Numbered from the whole stretch's first letter, positions 1 to 10,970 are shown. The stretch is DNA of 62,927 nt, filler included, from Octopus bimaculoides (GCF_001194135.2; 5 parts of 3 records of this genome joined end to end with filler, not necessarily neighbours in it), one strand, 5' to 3'. The notes: generated by a model from the sequence alone, not told the origin. A program made the numbers and translations.

Positions 1-356
1 CCACATGGTTCCGGGTTCAGTCCCACTGCGTGGCACCTTGGGCAAGTGTCTTCTACTATAGCCCCGGGCCGACCAAAGCCTTGTGAGTGGATTTGGTAGA
101 CGGAAACTGAAAGAAGCCCGTCGTATGTATGTATGTATGTGTGTGTGTATGTTTGTGTGTCTGTGTTCGTCCTCCCAACATCGCTTGACAACCGATGCTG
201 GTGTGTTTACGTCCCCGTAACTTAGCGGTTCGGCAAAAAAGATCGACAGAATAAGTACCAGGCTTACAAAAGAATAAGTCCTGGGGTCGATGTGCTCGAC
301 TAAAGGCGGTGCTCCAGCATGGCCGCAGTCAAATGACTGAAACAAGTAAAAGAGTA
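1..356 (+). mobile_element. SINE family A (tRNA-derived, internal microsatellite), 5' end cut by window edge
   Basis: B-box-like GGTTCAGTCCC, CCTTGGGCAAGTGTCTT motif, (TATG)n(TG)n spacer, 3' module ending AAATGACTGAAACAAGTAAAAGAG; very similar to copies at 31038 and 43158. Confidence 0.9.
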
Positions 357-373
357 TACTAAAAAAATGTAAG

Positions 374-527
374 CACAGGCATGGATATATAATTAAGATG
401 CTTGCTTCCCAGCTACGTGGTCTCGAGTTCAGTCCCACTGCGCGGTACATTGGACGAGTATCTTCTACCATAGATCCGAGCTGACCAAAGCCTTGTGAGA
501 ATATATGGTAGGCGGAAACTGAAAAAA
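374..527 (+). mobile_element. SINE family A, head-only diverged copy
   Basis: GAGTTCAGTCCCACTGCG...CCAAAGCCTTGTGAG...GGAAACTGAAA matches the family A 5' half. Confidence 0.75.
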
Positions 528-557
528 TCATCCTCAAGACTTGTTTTTTTTTTTTTT

Positions 558-1585
558 TAAAGCCTAGTACTTATTCTATTGGTGTCTTTTGCCGAACCGT
601 TACAGGGACGTAGGCACCCCAAGACTTGTTGTCAAGCAGTGGCAGGAGACAAAGACACTCACACACAAATACTTATATATACGACAGGCTTCTTTCAGGT
701 TATCTCTACCAATTCTACTCACAAGGTTTTGGATAGCCCGAGGCCATAATAGAAGACAATATACCAAGGTGCNNNNNNNNNNNNNNNNNNNNNNNNNNNN
801 NNNNNNNNNNNNNNNNNNNNNNNNNNNNNNNNNNNNNNNNNNNNNNNNNNNNNNNNNNNNNNNNNNNNNNNNNNNNNNNNNNNNNNNNNNNNNNNNNNNN
901 NNNNNNNNNNNNNNNNNNNNNNNNNNNNNNNNNNNNNNNNNNNNNNNNNNNNNNNNNNNNNNNNNNNNNNNNNNNNNNNNNNNNNNNNNNNNNNNNNNNN
1001 NNNNNNNNNNNNNNNNNNNNNNNNNNNNNNNNNNNNNNNNNNNNNNNNNNNNNNNNNNNNNNNNNNNNNNNNNNNNNNNNNNNNNNNNNNNNNNNNNNNN
1101 NNNNNNNNNNNNNNNNNNNNNNNNNNNNNNNNNNNNNNNNNNNNNNNNNNNNNNNNNNNNNNNNNNNNNNNNNNNNNNNNNNNNNNNNNNNNNNNNNNNN
1201 NNNNNNNNNNNNNNNNNNNNNNNNNNNNNNNNNNNNNNNNNNNNNNNNNNNNNNNNNNNNNNNNNNNNNNNNNNNNNNNNNNNNNNNNNNNNNNNNNNNN
1301 NNNNNNNNNNNNNNNNNNNNNNNNNNNNNNNNNNNNNNNNNNNNNNNNNNNNNNNNNNNNNNNNNNNNNNNNNNNNNNNNNNNNNNNNNNNNNNNNNNNN
1401 NNNNNNNNNNNNNNNNNNNNNNNNNNNNNNNNNNNNNNNNNNNNNNNNNNNNNNNNNNNNNNNNNNNNNNNNNNNNNNNNNNNNNNGATAGAAAACACTT
1501 GCCCAAGGTGCCGTACAATGGGACTGAACCCAAGACCACATGGTTGGAAAGCAAGATACCTAACCACAATGCCACGCCTACGTGT
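558..1585 (-). mobile_element. SINE family A fragments flanking an N gap (558-772 and 1488-1585)
   Basis: Reverse-complement body left of the gap and head right of it; the overlapping CCAAGGTGC segments differ, so possibly two copies. Confidence 0.75.
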
Positions 1586-1684
1586 ATGATAAAAAAACAT
1601 ATATTCCTCCAATGATCATCCAGTTTTGTTGGGGTTCCTTTTTCTCAGATACAACGCATCAAGATTCACGTCATACGATATGTC

Positions 1685-1780
1685 CTCTTCAAGAGACAAA
1701 AGGGTATGTGTCGAAGGACAGTTACTAGCTATTTCTGGTTGGTGAAGCGGCAGCATAATGGCTTCCTTGTTGGCTCGTTT
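1685..1780 (+). repeat. Old dispersed repeat E (GAAGG..GCTGCTATTTCT motif)
   Basis: Similar segments at about 48565-48655 (+), 50825-50930 (+) and 61095-61135 (-). Confidence 0.5.
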
Positions 1781-1859
1781 TTACCATGTCATTTATATAT
1801 ATTGAGATGATAATTTTCTTTTTCTGATCAAACAAATACACGCAATATATATTCGTTCC

Positions 1860-1950
1860 TCAATTCAGATTTATTATTGTTCTTATTTGTTGTCCTTTGT
1901 CTGAAAATGCTTCGTCACACATCCTGTAACCTCTTCAGTGTCTCTCCATC
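1860..1950 (-). mobile_element. Penelope-like terminal-repeat remnant with degenerate hammerhead core
   Basis: Minus strand CTGAAGA-G-GTTAC-AGGATGT-GTGAC-GAAG: stem II intact but GAAA mutated to GAAG and no clear stem I. Confidence 0.4.
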
Positions 1951-2048
1951 CCACATGTCTCCAACTGTTCTGTTTGACTATCCCGAAATATAACGATATC
2001 TGTTTCAACACACAATTTACAATATAAATACATACACATATTTATATC

Positions 2049-2424
2049 TTTTACCTTTTACTTGTTTCAGTCATTTGAATGCGACCACGCTGGGGCACTG
2101 CCTTGAAGGATTTTTTTTTTTTTAGTCGAACAACTCGACCTCAGGACATTTTTTTAAAGCCTAGTACTTTTGGCGAACCGTTATGTTACGGGGACGTAAA
2201 CACACCAGCACCGGTTGTCAAGCAGTGGCGGGGAACAAAAACAGACGCGCGCGCGCACACACGCACACACACGCACACACACACACGATGGGCTACTTTT
2301 AGTTCCCGTCTACCAAATCCACTCACAAGGCTTTGGTCAACCCGAGGTTATAGTAGAAGACACCAACCCAAGGTGTACCGCAGTGGGACTGAATCTGGAA
2401 CCACGTGGTTAGGAAGTAAGCTTC
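2049..2424 (-). mobile_element. SINE family A
   Basis: Near full-length reverse-complement match with internal (CG)n(CA)n spacer. Confidence 0.88.
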
Positions 2425-2601
2425 TTTATTTCATAAATATTTGCCATAAAGGCATTACAAAGAGGGGAAGAACAAGGACAGACAAACATAAAAGGGGTGA
2501 AGTAGCTGTATCGATTAAATATTTACAATTTTAAATATGCAATAATAATTTGATTATATTTACAATGTTCGATTAAAGCATTGCTCATTACAGATGCAAT
2601 T

Positions 2602-2789
2602 TGTAACGGCTTTCCTGAAGGATAGGCATCCGACCACCAGGGTAGACCTCTTGCCTTTTCTTTCCCTTGTTTTTGGCTTTCACTTACCTGGTGCCAAACA
2701 CTCCCAGCTTCCTCGCCACAAGCTACATATCATTGGTTTATATGGCAGGTATATATCATGGTGATATATGTCACCAAGACGTCGCCACA
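2602..2789. mobile_element. Solo-LTR-like or TGT..ACA MITE, 188 bp
   Basis: Termini TGTAACG...CGCCACA (TG..CA, imperfect inverted), flanks AATT/AATG as imperfect 4-bp TSD, TATA-like CATATAAA on the minus strand. Confidence 0.4.
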
Positions 2790-3137
2790 AATGGCCAAAT
2801 GTCATGATAACCTCATATATCTTACTAACAGGAAGTACACAACAGATAACACTATGTATTCTAGATAAACAAAAGATAAAAGGAAGAAAGAAAACACGGG
2901 ATGGACACGATTGGAATGCTTTTGATCAGAGTTTGCCTGGGATTTAATAACGATAACAACATCAGAGATTGTGAGAAAATTATTAATAATAGTAGAAAAA
3001 GTAAATGCTCGACATAACCGGATTACTTCGTAAAAGGATAGTCAGCAACACAGTTATACATATTTATGTGAGTTATAATGAAATTAATAAAGGGAAACGT
3101 AATTAGGATTCGATGAAATTCACAAATGGTCTGTTTA

Positions 3138-3297
3138 CATACATTCACATACATACATACATACATACATACATACATACATACATACATACATACATAC
3201 ATACATACATACATACACACAGGTAGATAGATAGACAGAGAGAGAGAGGGAGAAAGAAAGGAAGAAAGAAAGAAAGAAAGAAAGAAGGAAGGAAGGA

Positions 3298-3350
<53 letters not shown>

Positions 3351-3501
3351 GGAAAGAAAGATGGAAAGAAAGATGGAAAGAAAGATGGAAAGAAAGATGG
3401 AAAGAAAGATGGAAAGAAAGATGGATAGATGGATGGATGGATGGACACATCTATCAATCTATTCCTCTCTTTCTGCCTATCATCTATCTGCCTATTTGCA
3501 T

Positions 3502-3544
<43 letters not shown>

Positions 3545-3616
3545 TGCATGTATATATGTGCATTTGTATTATGCGTCTATGTATATATTTGTGTGTTTAG
3601 ATAGATTGAGAGGAGG

Positions 3617-3690
<74 letters not shown>
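3138..3690. repeat. Compound microsatellite cluster (TACA)n, (AAAG)n, (ATGGAAAGAAAG)n, (TG)n, (GA)n, (GACA)n
   Basis: Directly visible tandem units. Confidence 0.97.
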
Positions 3691-3692
<2 letters not shown>

Positions 3693-3759
3693 TACATTTA
3701 TCTTTCTAACCATCCCTCCATCGAAAATATTCTAAATTGTTTATTTAGTTACCTTTGAA

Positions 3760-4020
3760 TTTCATTTTATAATCCAACCAAGGTCAAGTTGGATTCTCGA
3801 CCTCTGACCTCTGGTCAAAAATTAGTAGCATTGTAAAGTCAAATCAATCAACCTAAAATCAAAACATTTTACTTTTGTTATTTATTTTATTTTATTTCAT
3901 TTTTGTTTCTTTTTCGAGTGATTTCACCATCATCACAGTAAAAAGGAGTGGGCTTTACCCACATGGAATTGAAAGATGAATACGAATTTTGAACTTAATC
4001 TGGTGGCTTTGGCCAAACAT
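3760..4020 (+). repeat. Old dispersed repeat, paralogue at 14185-14395
   Basis: Shared blocks CTCTGGTCA(A/G)AAATTA, TGATTTCA(C/T)(C/T)ATCA and AATTTTGAACTTA..GGTGGCTT in the same order. Confidence 0.55.
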
Positions 4021-4421
4021 TTTGTTATTGGCTTGACCAATCAGATGCACGAATACAGTAGGGAGTGGCCAATTGCTATATATCCCCAGAATAACTAATT
4101 AATACATGTGTAAATATAAATATAGGTAGCTAGATAGATAGATAGGTTAATTATGCACACACATTGTCTCAAATATTTTAATTAGTGAAAGTCGGGATAT
4201 TCATGTCATGTCTCTTAAAACATTAACCATGTAAAGAAAATAAATTATGGTGCCTTTTTTTATTGCTTTTTATATGTTTATAAATGTTGACTTAGTTGGG
4301 TGAAGAAGGACAGCAACCATGAATTTTTCAGCGTCAAGTTGGTGAATGGTGTTGGGGAGAAGGGACCCAACTTATCATCAAACCAGAGACTTCGTCTAAA
4401 TCGGTGGTTCTCAACCGGAGT

Positions 4422-4587
4422 CACTAGCGTAGCTAAGCAGGGGCGGTTGGGGCGGTCCGCCCCGGGGAATACTTTGAAAGGGGAACCACTTTTGGGTCTG
4501 CTGTAGGCAATATGTGGTTTTTGTGGAGTCCGGGGACGGCAAACGGAAGGGCCGCCCCGAGCGGCACACATTCTAGCTACGCTCGTA
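4422..4587. mobile_element. GC-rich hAT-type MITE nested in the host MITE
   Basis: TIRs CACTAGCGTAGCTA / TAGCTACGCTCGTA (12/14); exact 8-bp TSD ACCGGAGT (4414-4421, 4588-4595); partial relative at about 5441-5475. Confidence 0.85.
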
Positions 4588-4654
4588 ACCGGAGTCCATA
4601 TACGTTTTTGCTGTTAAAATATACTTGCAATAGATGGATTATACTTCTACAATA

Positions 4655-4988
4655 GCGAAGGTGCGTAGCTTAGTGGTTAAGGGTAATTGGCTCACGATTA
4701 TAAGGACATAAGTTCGATTCCCGGCAGCATGTTTTGTCCTTGAGCAAGACACTTTATTTCACGTTGCTCCAGTCCACACACACCTGGCAAAAATAAGTTA
4801 TACCTGTAATTAAAAGGGTTGGCCTTGTACCTGTAGTTCAAAGGGGACGCTGAATTTCTCCGAGAACTACGTTAAGGGTACACGTGTCTGTGGAGGGCTC
4901 AGCCACTTGCACGTTAATTTCCCGAGCAGGTTGTTCCGTTGGTCGAATCAACTGGAACACTCGACGCCGTAACCGACAGAGTGCCAGT
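4655..4988 (+). mobile_element. SINE family C, full length, nested in the hAT MITE
   Basis: A box TAGCTTAGTGG, B box GTTCGATTCCC; exact 11-bp TSD CTTCTACAATA (4644-4654, 4989-4999). Confidence 0.9.
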
Positions 4989-5504
4989 CTTCTACAATAA
5001 ACAAAATATTTTACCATTTTTCATACAATTCCTAATAATATTTAATTATATATATAAAAAAAAAGAAAACAATAGGAATTTTTTAAACATCGAACGATTA
5101 TGGGGGTCCAGTAGAGTAAAATAGGAATCAAAGGCGCCCATAGGGGGGAAATGGTTGAGAACCACTGGTCTAAACGCATGCAATAGAGTGAGCCCTGTTG
5201 AAGGCATCCTCGGGCCATATGGAATGGTGTACCGAGTGACAGTTCTGTGTAGCCTCTGTATTTTTAAGAGAATAAACATGATTTACTGGATATTTGACCA
5301 CTATTTCTAGCATTAGCTGGTCATGCCTAAGCTATTGTTGTTGTTTGTTGTTGTTTAATCACGTGGCCTTGAGACTAGGGTCTTTCATTCATGACCATAA
5401 AGTTGTGAATTCAATTCCGGGATCAAGTGGTGCTAGGATCAAGCGTAGCTAGGGGTAGTGAGGAAGCGGTCCGCTATTGACGGGGGTGGTATTTTGTAGT
5501 CTTA

Positions 5505-5721
5505 GAAGAGGCACGTGGCCTAGGTGTTGGACTCATGTTCGTAAGATTCTAGTTTCGATTCCTGGACCGGGCGATGCGTTGTGTTCTTGAGCAAAACACT
5601 TCATTTCACGTTACTCCATTCAGCAACAGACCGGCGTATCGTCCATGTGGGGAATTTATACGCCATCGAAACCGGCCCTTATATGTCGGTATGACTCGAG
5701 AAAGAAGAAGGTAACAGTTAC
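5505..5721 (+). mobile_element. SINE family C-like copy
   Basis: GGCACGTGGCCTAG head, TTTCGATTCCTGG B box, GTGTTCTTGAGCAAAACACTT module. Confidence 0.65.
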
Positions 5722-5817
5722 NNNNNNNNNNGTATCGTCCATGTGGGGAATTTATACGCCATCGAAACCGGCCCTTATATGTCGGTATGACTCGAGAAAG
5801 AAGAAGGTAACAGTTAC
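5636..5817. other. Assembly artefact: 86-bp exact duplication either side of a 10-N gap
   Basis: 5636-5721 is identical to 5732-5817, separated by exactly 10 N. Confidence 0.85.
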
Positions 5818-6362
5818 TTTTCGGCTTGATGTACAAGCTGGATTCTTTTTTTTTTTTTTTTTTTGTGGCCACCTGGGGAAAGGAGACGGCAAACTCAAAG
5901 AGTACTCCGGGCGGTTCACACTCCAATACCGCTACTGGTGATGCGTTGTGTCCTTCATTTCCAGTTATTTGATTTCACGTTGCTCTAGTCTTCTCAAATA
6001 TAAAATGAGACCCAGTCCATGGCTGATATAACCCTCTTTCCTACAGTTGTCACATCAAGAATGTTTAGGAGAGCCGAGAAAGTGTCTATATTTGCTTGCG
6101 ACTGTAAAATAAGTGTGCATCCAAGCCAGTAATCGCTGAAATTTCTTGACTAAAAGAAAAATCTGGTTTCATGTAGAATACCTTATGTGCGCACGTGTTT
6201 TTTCCCCTGCTAGTAAAACGTGTGTGCCCGAAAACTGCAACGACATGCTGTTTTAACATTGTATTTCGTTTCAAATGTTTTATTTTGGGGTACAAGTCTA
6301 CATTAATACGTTTGAAATTAAATTTAAATTTGCACAACTATTAGCGTTCTGTCTGTTTCACA

Positions 6363-6760
6363 TGCATGGTTGTGTGGTAAGAAGCTTTCTTCTCAACCAA
6401 ATGGTTCTGGGTTCAGTCCCACTGCGTGACACCTTGGGCAAACGTCTTCTACGAACAGCCTGGGGCCGACCAAAACCTTCTGAGTGGATTTGATAGAAGG
6501 AAACCGAAAGAAGCCCGTCGTGTATGTGTGCGCGTGTGACTTTATATCTGTGTTTGTCCGTCCACCACCACTTGAGAACCGGTGTTAGCGCGTTTACTTT
6601 CCCGTAACTATAGCGGTTCGACAAAAAAGACCGATAGAATAAGTACCTGGCTTAACAAAATTAGAAAAAATAATAAGTACAGGGGTCGATTCCTTCGACT
6701 AAAATTTCTCAAGGCGGTACCCCAACATGACCGCAGTGACTGAAACAAATAAAAGATGAA
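6363..6760 (+). mobile_element. SINE family A
   Basis: Full-length head, microsatellite spacer and tail. Confidence 0.88.
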
Positions 6761-7009
6761 AGATCGGAGAAGATCTCATGTATTGTTTGTCAGTGCACAG
6801 TCGCAACATTTATTTCCCACCTTATTGCTATTCTTCAGCATAAACCACTTGAACTAATTTTCCCAACTTTTGTTATATTGTCAGCCATCATTAGTATTCC
6901 TCATTTCTCCTTATAAAAGGAAATGCAAATAACATTGTAATACAAATGATATTAGGTAAAATTTTACAACAGGAGGACGCCGCCATTGTTATCCTTTCTC
7001 TTCGACTTC

Positions 7010-7355
7010 TATTAGTCACTGGACTGCTATCATGCTGGGGTACCACCTAGAAAAAGTTAGTCGAACGAATAGACTCTAATACATTTATATTTTTTTTAAA
7101 GTCTGGTACTTACTACATTACAGGGACGTAAACAAACCAACACCGGTTGTCCTTTTTTTGTGAAGTACAAGCACACAGACAGACAGACACATACATACGA
7201 CGTGCTTCCAAACAATTTCCGTCTACCAAATTCATTCAGCCACAATGTATTGCTTAGTCCGAGGCTTATAGCAGAAGACATTTGCCCAAGGTACTGCGCA
7301 GTAGGACCGAACGCGAAAACAAAGCGAGTGTCTAACCCATACAACCATATCTGCA
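7010..7355 (-). mobile_element. SINE family A, diverged
   Basis: Reverse-complement match with (CAGA)n(CATA)n spacer. Confidence 0.8.
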
Positions 7356-7532
7356 CTTATTTATCAAGAAAATTCTTTATTTAATTAAAATTACTAAATC
7401 AAAGGAGTTCTTTGTATATTTAATTAAAACACGGAATTCATTGAATGCTAACAGGGTAGGTTTACAAAAAAAATAACAAATAGGATATTTACACATACCA
7501 TGTTTTCTGGATTCCTTGTTGACAGGTCTACG

Positions 7533-7752
7533 ATATTGGTTTCAAATTTTGGCACAAGGCCAGCAAGTTCGGGAGAGGGGTAAGTCGGTTATATTGACCC
7601 TAGTCCTCAACTGGTACTTATTTTATCAACCCCCGAAAGAATAAAAAACAAAGTCGATCTCACCGAAATTTGAACTCAGAACGTAAAGACGGACGAAGTG
7701 GTCGCCAAGGATTTCTCCCGGCGTGCTAACGATTCTGTCAGCTCATCACCCT
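7533..7752 (-). mobile_element. SINE family B
   Basis: Reverse complement of GAGCTGACAGAATCGTTAGCACGCCGGG...TTCTGAGTTCAAATT...CCAAAATTTGAAACCAATAT. Confidence 0.88.
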
Positions 7753-7783
7753 CACAGGCCTGTGATATTAAATAAAGATTTTT

Positions 7784-8000
7784 AAGGTGACAAGCTAGCA
7801 GAATCGTTAGCATGCCGGGCAAAACACTTTGCGACATTTCGTCCGGCTTTACGTTCTGAGTTCAAATTCCACCGAGGTTGACTTCCATCCATTCGAGATC
7901 GATAAAATAAGTACTAGTTGAGCACTGGGGTCGATGTAATCAACTTACCTTCCCCACCCTCCGAAATTTCTGGCCTTATACCAAAATTTGAAACCAATAT
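7784..8000 (+). mobile_element. SINE family B, head-to-head with the previous copy
   Basis: AGCTAGCAGAATCGTTAGC...GAGTTCAAATTCC...AAATTTGAAACCAATAT. Confidence 0.88.
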
Positions 8001-8648
8001 GAAATACAGTTTTAAACACTTATAGTATGCCAATTAGTAACTCCAGAAAATGCAGCTGCTAGATATAATGCGTATATAAATAGAATGGCTACTGTTTCTT
8101 CGAGACAGCTGTAATGACGAAACCCAAATAAGAGTCGAAAGTTGATTAAGACTGTTCACCATTTGTTCAATTTACGGAGAAAGAGGTAATTGACAAATTC
8201 GTATGTCTACTATGTCGGTTTAAATGTAATAGACTCTACAAAAAGCCTTTATCACATTTTCTGTTCATCTAAACCGCAAATTTAAGATGGCGCCATCAAT
8301 TTTTCTGTCAAGCACCATATGATAAGAGTATCTAAATATGAAAGAATCTAAAAGAAAAAGATGTTTGTGTTTTTTTTTTTAATATTTGCATGAATAGGAT
8401 ATTTTGTTTTACTTTACTAAAAAATCAAGTACTCTGTGTTAATAGCAAAACAAACAAACAAAACTCTTCAATTTGGCAACAAAGAAATACTCTGAGCCAA
8501 ACAAGTGACATCAACATACAATGTCAGAAATTCTGTGACGTAGCATTAGTATTGCCCAGTAAGTGCAGAACAAATGACAGAATACTGGATAGAATAAATG
8601 CAGATAACTTATACTAAGAGATGGTCAATTAAGCAAATAATAATAGTA

Positions 8649-8717
<69 letters not shown>

Positions 8718-8730
8718 GTTATTATTATTA
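8649..8730. repeat. (ATT)n microsatellite
   Basis: Visible tandem. Confidence 0.97.
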
Positions 8731-10184
8731 TAGAACGACTTTAACTGCCAAGAAAAGAGGGAGGCCGTGGACTTTTACAATTGGAATTAATGTTAGTCTT
8801 GAAGATAAGCAAAACCAAATGTATGGTCGGGCTATCGATACCGTCAGAGGAGGTTATGAAGCAGATAGAAGAGACGGGTTATAAGTACTTGGGGATTTTG
8901 GAAATGGATAAATTGATGGAGAAAGAAATGACAGAAAAATGTAAGGTGGAGTACTTGCGCAGACTGAGACTGATCCTTAAGTCGAAATTAAACGGACGAA
9001 ATAAGATTGAAGCTATCAACACCTGAGCGGTTTCACTCCTTAGATATTGAGCAAGGGTAATCGCACGGTCAGTAGATGAACTAAACAGTTTAGACAGAAA
9101 GACAAGGAAGTTGCTAACTAGATATGGGACACTCCACTCAAAAAGTGTCACAGATAGACTGTATGTACCAAGAAAATGAGGGGGAAGGGGACTTATTGGA
9201 TACGAATACAGCGTTAGAGCAGAGGAAAACAACATAGCATGGTATGTAAAAAATGCCACAAAACCGCTAGTATTAGAGGTAAGAAGGTTAGGACTGTGTA
9301 GGTTGAAATATTACAAAGATAAAGCACTGTACAAGCAATTGAAAACGAATGAAACAGAAAATAGGTGGGTAAAGAAAAGAATGCATAGACAATTTCATAG
9401 GAATGTTGAAGATAAGGCACACAGAGTGATTTAAAACCGGAAACGGATGTTCTAATCTGTGCTGCCTAAGAGCAAGCACTAAGAACAAACTACATAAAAT
9501 ACAAAATAGACAACACATCAGAAAGTGATTAGAGCAGAATCTGTGGACAAAATGGTGAAACTGTATAGCATATTACCAGCCAGTGTACGCCACTAGCCCC
9601 GAAGGAATATAAGAGACGCCACGACAATATAGCAAGGCTTGTCCATTGGACACTTTGCAACAAGTATGGACTTGACAGAGCATAAAATTGGTACAACCAT
9701 AAACCTGAAGGCATCTTCGAAAATAGAAATGCAAAGATCCTATGAGATTTTATGATTCAGTGCGACCATGAGATAGAGAATAGGAAGCCAGAAATAATCT
9801 TAATTGAGGAGAAAGAAAACAAACTATGTTGGATCATAGATATAGCATGCCCAGCTGACAACAAGGTATGCAATAAGGAAGAAGGAAAAGTCCATAGATA
9901 TGACATGTTAGCTTGGGAGGTTAAGCAGTTGTGGTCGATGAAAAAGGTGGTAGTAGTACCGATAATTGTCAGAGCCCTGGGAACAGTGAGTAAAAATCTT
10001 GAGAAATACATGGAACAAATAAGGGCTGCAATAAGAGTGGAGCACTTGCAGAAACGGCACTTCTTGGAACCGCTTGAATACTCCGTAAGGTGCTCGAAAA
10101 ATAAGAGGTGTTACCTTAGTTCACTGGTAGTGAACAGCTGACACCGTAGTACATCTCCAGCGTTAGAAGCTGTGCAAAGGCAAT

Positions 10185-10241
<57 letters not shown>

Positions 10242-10244
10242 AAC

Positions 10245-10279
<35 letters not shown>
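8730..10279 (+). mobile_element. 5'-truncated, decayed R4/Dong-clade non-LTR retrotransposon (RT thumb, CCHC knuckle, restriction-like endonuclease) with (AAC)n(AAT)n tail
   Basis: Translated motifs YKYLGI, SKLNGRNKIEAINT, DRLYVPRK*GGRGL, ICGQNGETV*HITSQC, RRHDNIARLVHW, RKPEIILI..WIIDIACP, VVPIIVRALGTV; stops and frameshifts; short 3' UTR to 10181 then tail. Confidence 0.9.
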
Positions 10280-10281
<2 letters not shown>

Positions 10282-10427
10282 CTTTCAACTATAGGTACAA
10301 GGCCTGACATTTAGTGGGAGGGTGTTAGTCGATTATATTGACCGCATTACTGGACTGGTATTTATTTTATTGACTCCGAAGGACAAAAAGTAAAATCGAC
10401 CTCGGAGGAATTTGAACTTAGAACGTG
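10280..10427 (-). mobile_element. SINE family B, 5'-truncated, followed by (GAT)n
   Basis: Reverse-complement match from ACGTTCTAAGTTCAAATTCC to the 3' end. Confidence 0.75.
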
Positions 10428-10428
10428 G

Positions 10429-10468
<40 letters not shown>

Positions 10469-10970
10469 AATTAGTAATAGTCTGACCCTGAAAAAAGTGC
10501 AGTTTATAGAATTTGTAAAATGTATTTGACCTTTCGATCCTCTCGAGCTGTCAGAAAACATGAATTCCGACTTTTTAGGTTGAACCTTTAATTTCATATG
10601 CCAAATGGACCAGCGTTTCCTGACATTTTCCTTATGTCGTAAGGAGAAGTGAGTTCTGGCGCATCTAACTGAGTCCCTAGGTTTCTATGCCGTAAGGAGA
10701 AAAGTTCTGGCATTTCTTAGTTGAACTCATGTTCGCATACCGTGAGAAGTGGATTTCCCGCTTCGAGTACGGTCCTTAAATCCCTCTGTCGAGAGAAGAC
10801 ATGACTCCTGAGGTTTGGGATATGGGCCCTTCGAATGACAGTAAATAACAATAAGAGATGTCGAGACTATAAAATAAGATGAAGGTATATAAATTTCCTT
10901 AGACGAAAGCTATATGCTCAAATCTCAGACTGAAAAGGCCAATAGAGCTTCGCACCGGTGACGTCACAAC

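Larger units (their letters stand above)
4402..5167. mobile_element. hAT (Charlie-like) MITE carrying two nested insertions
   Basis: TIRs CGGTGGTTCTCAACC / GGTTGAGAACCACTG; 8-bp TSD GTCTAAAT (4394-4401) / GTCTAAAC (5168-5175); uninterrupted copy at 32750-33006. Confidence 0.9.

Noticed and set aside
589-1612. Long ORFs of 150-450 aa in the ORF track (also near 18 kb, 25.6 kb, 28-30 kb, 38-41 kb, 46.8 kb, 54.4 kb)
   Set aside because: They are long only because they run through N gaps translated as X.
3349-3425. Regularly spaced 12-bp repeats as a possible CRISPR-like array
   Set aside because: Head-to-tail units without unique spacers, eukaryotic context and no cas genes.
3023-3758. ORFs with MERK, SFFP, CV, HT, YI or ER repeats
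   Set aside because: Translations of microsatellites with no splice or domain support.
4278-4571. ORFs 4300-4506 (+) and 4278-4571 (-)
   Set aside because: They run across the hAT MITE terminus and the GC-rich nested MITE; no recognisable domain and weak donors.
4655-4730. tRNA-like A and B boxes (also at 11040-11110, 36258, 37362, 43158)
   Set aside because: These are SINE heads continuing into SINE bodies, with no complete cloverleaf, so they are not tRNA genes.
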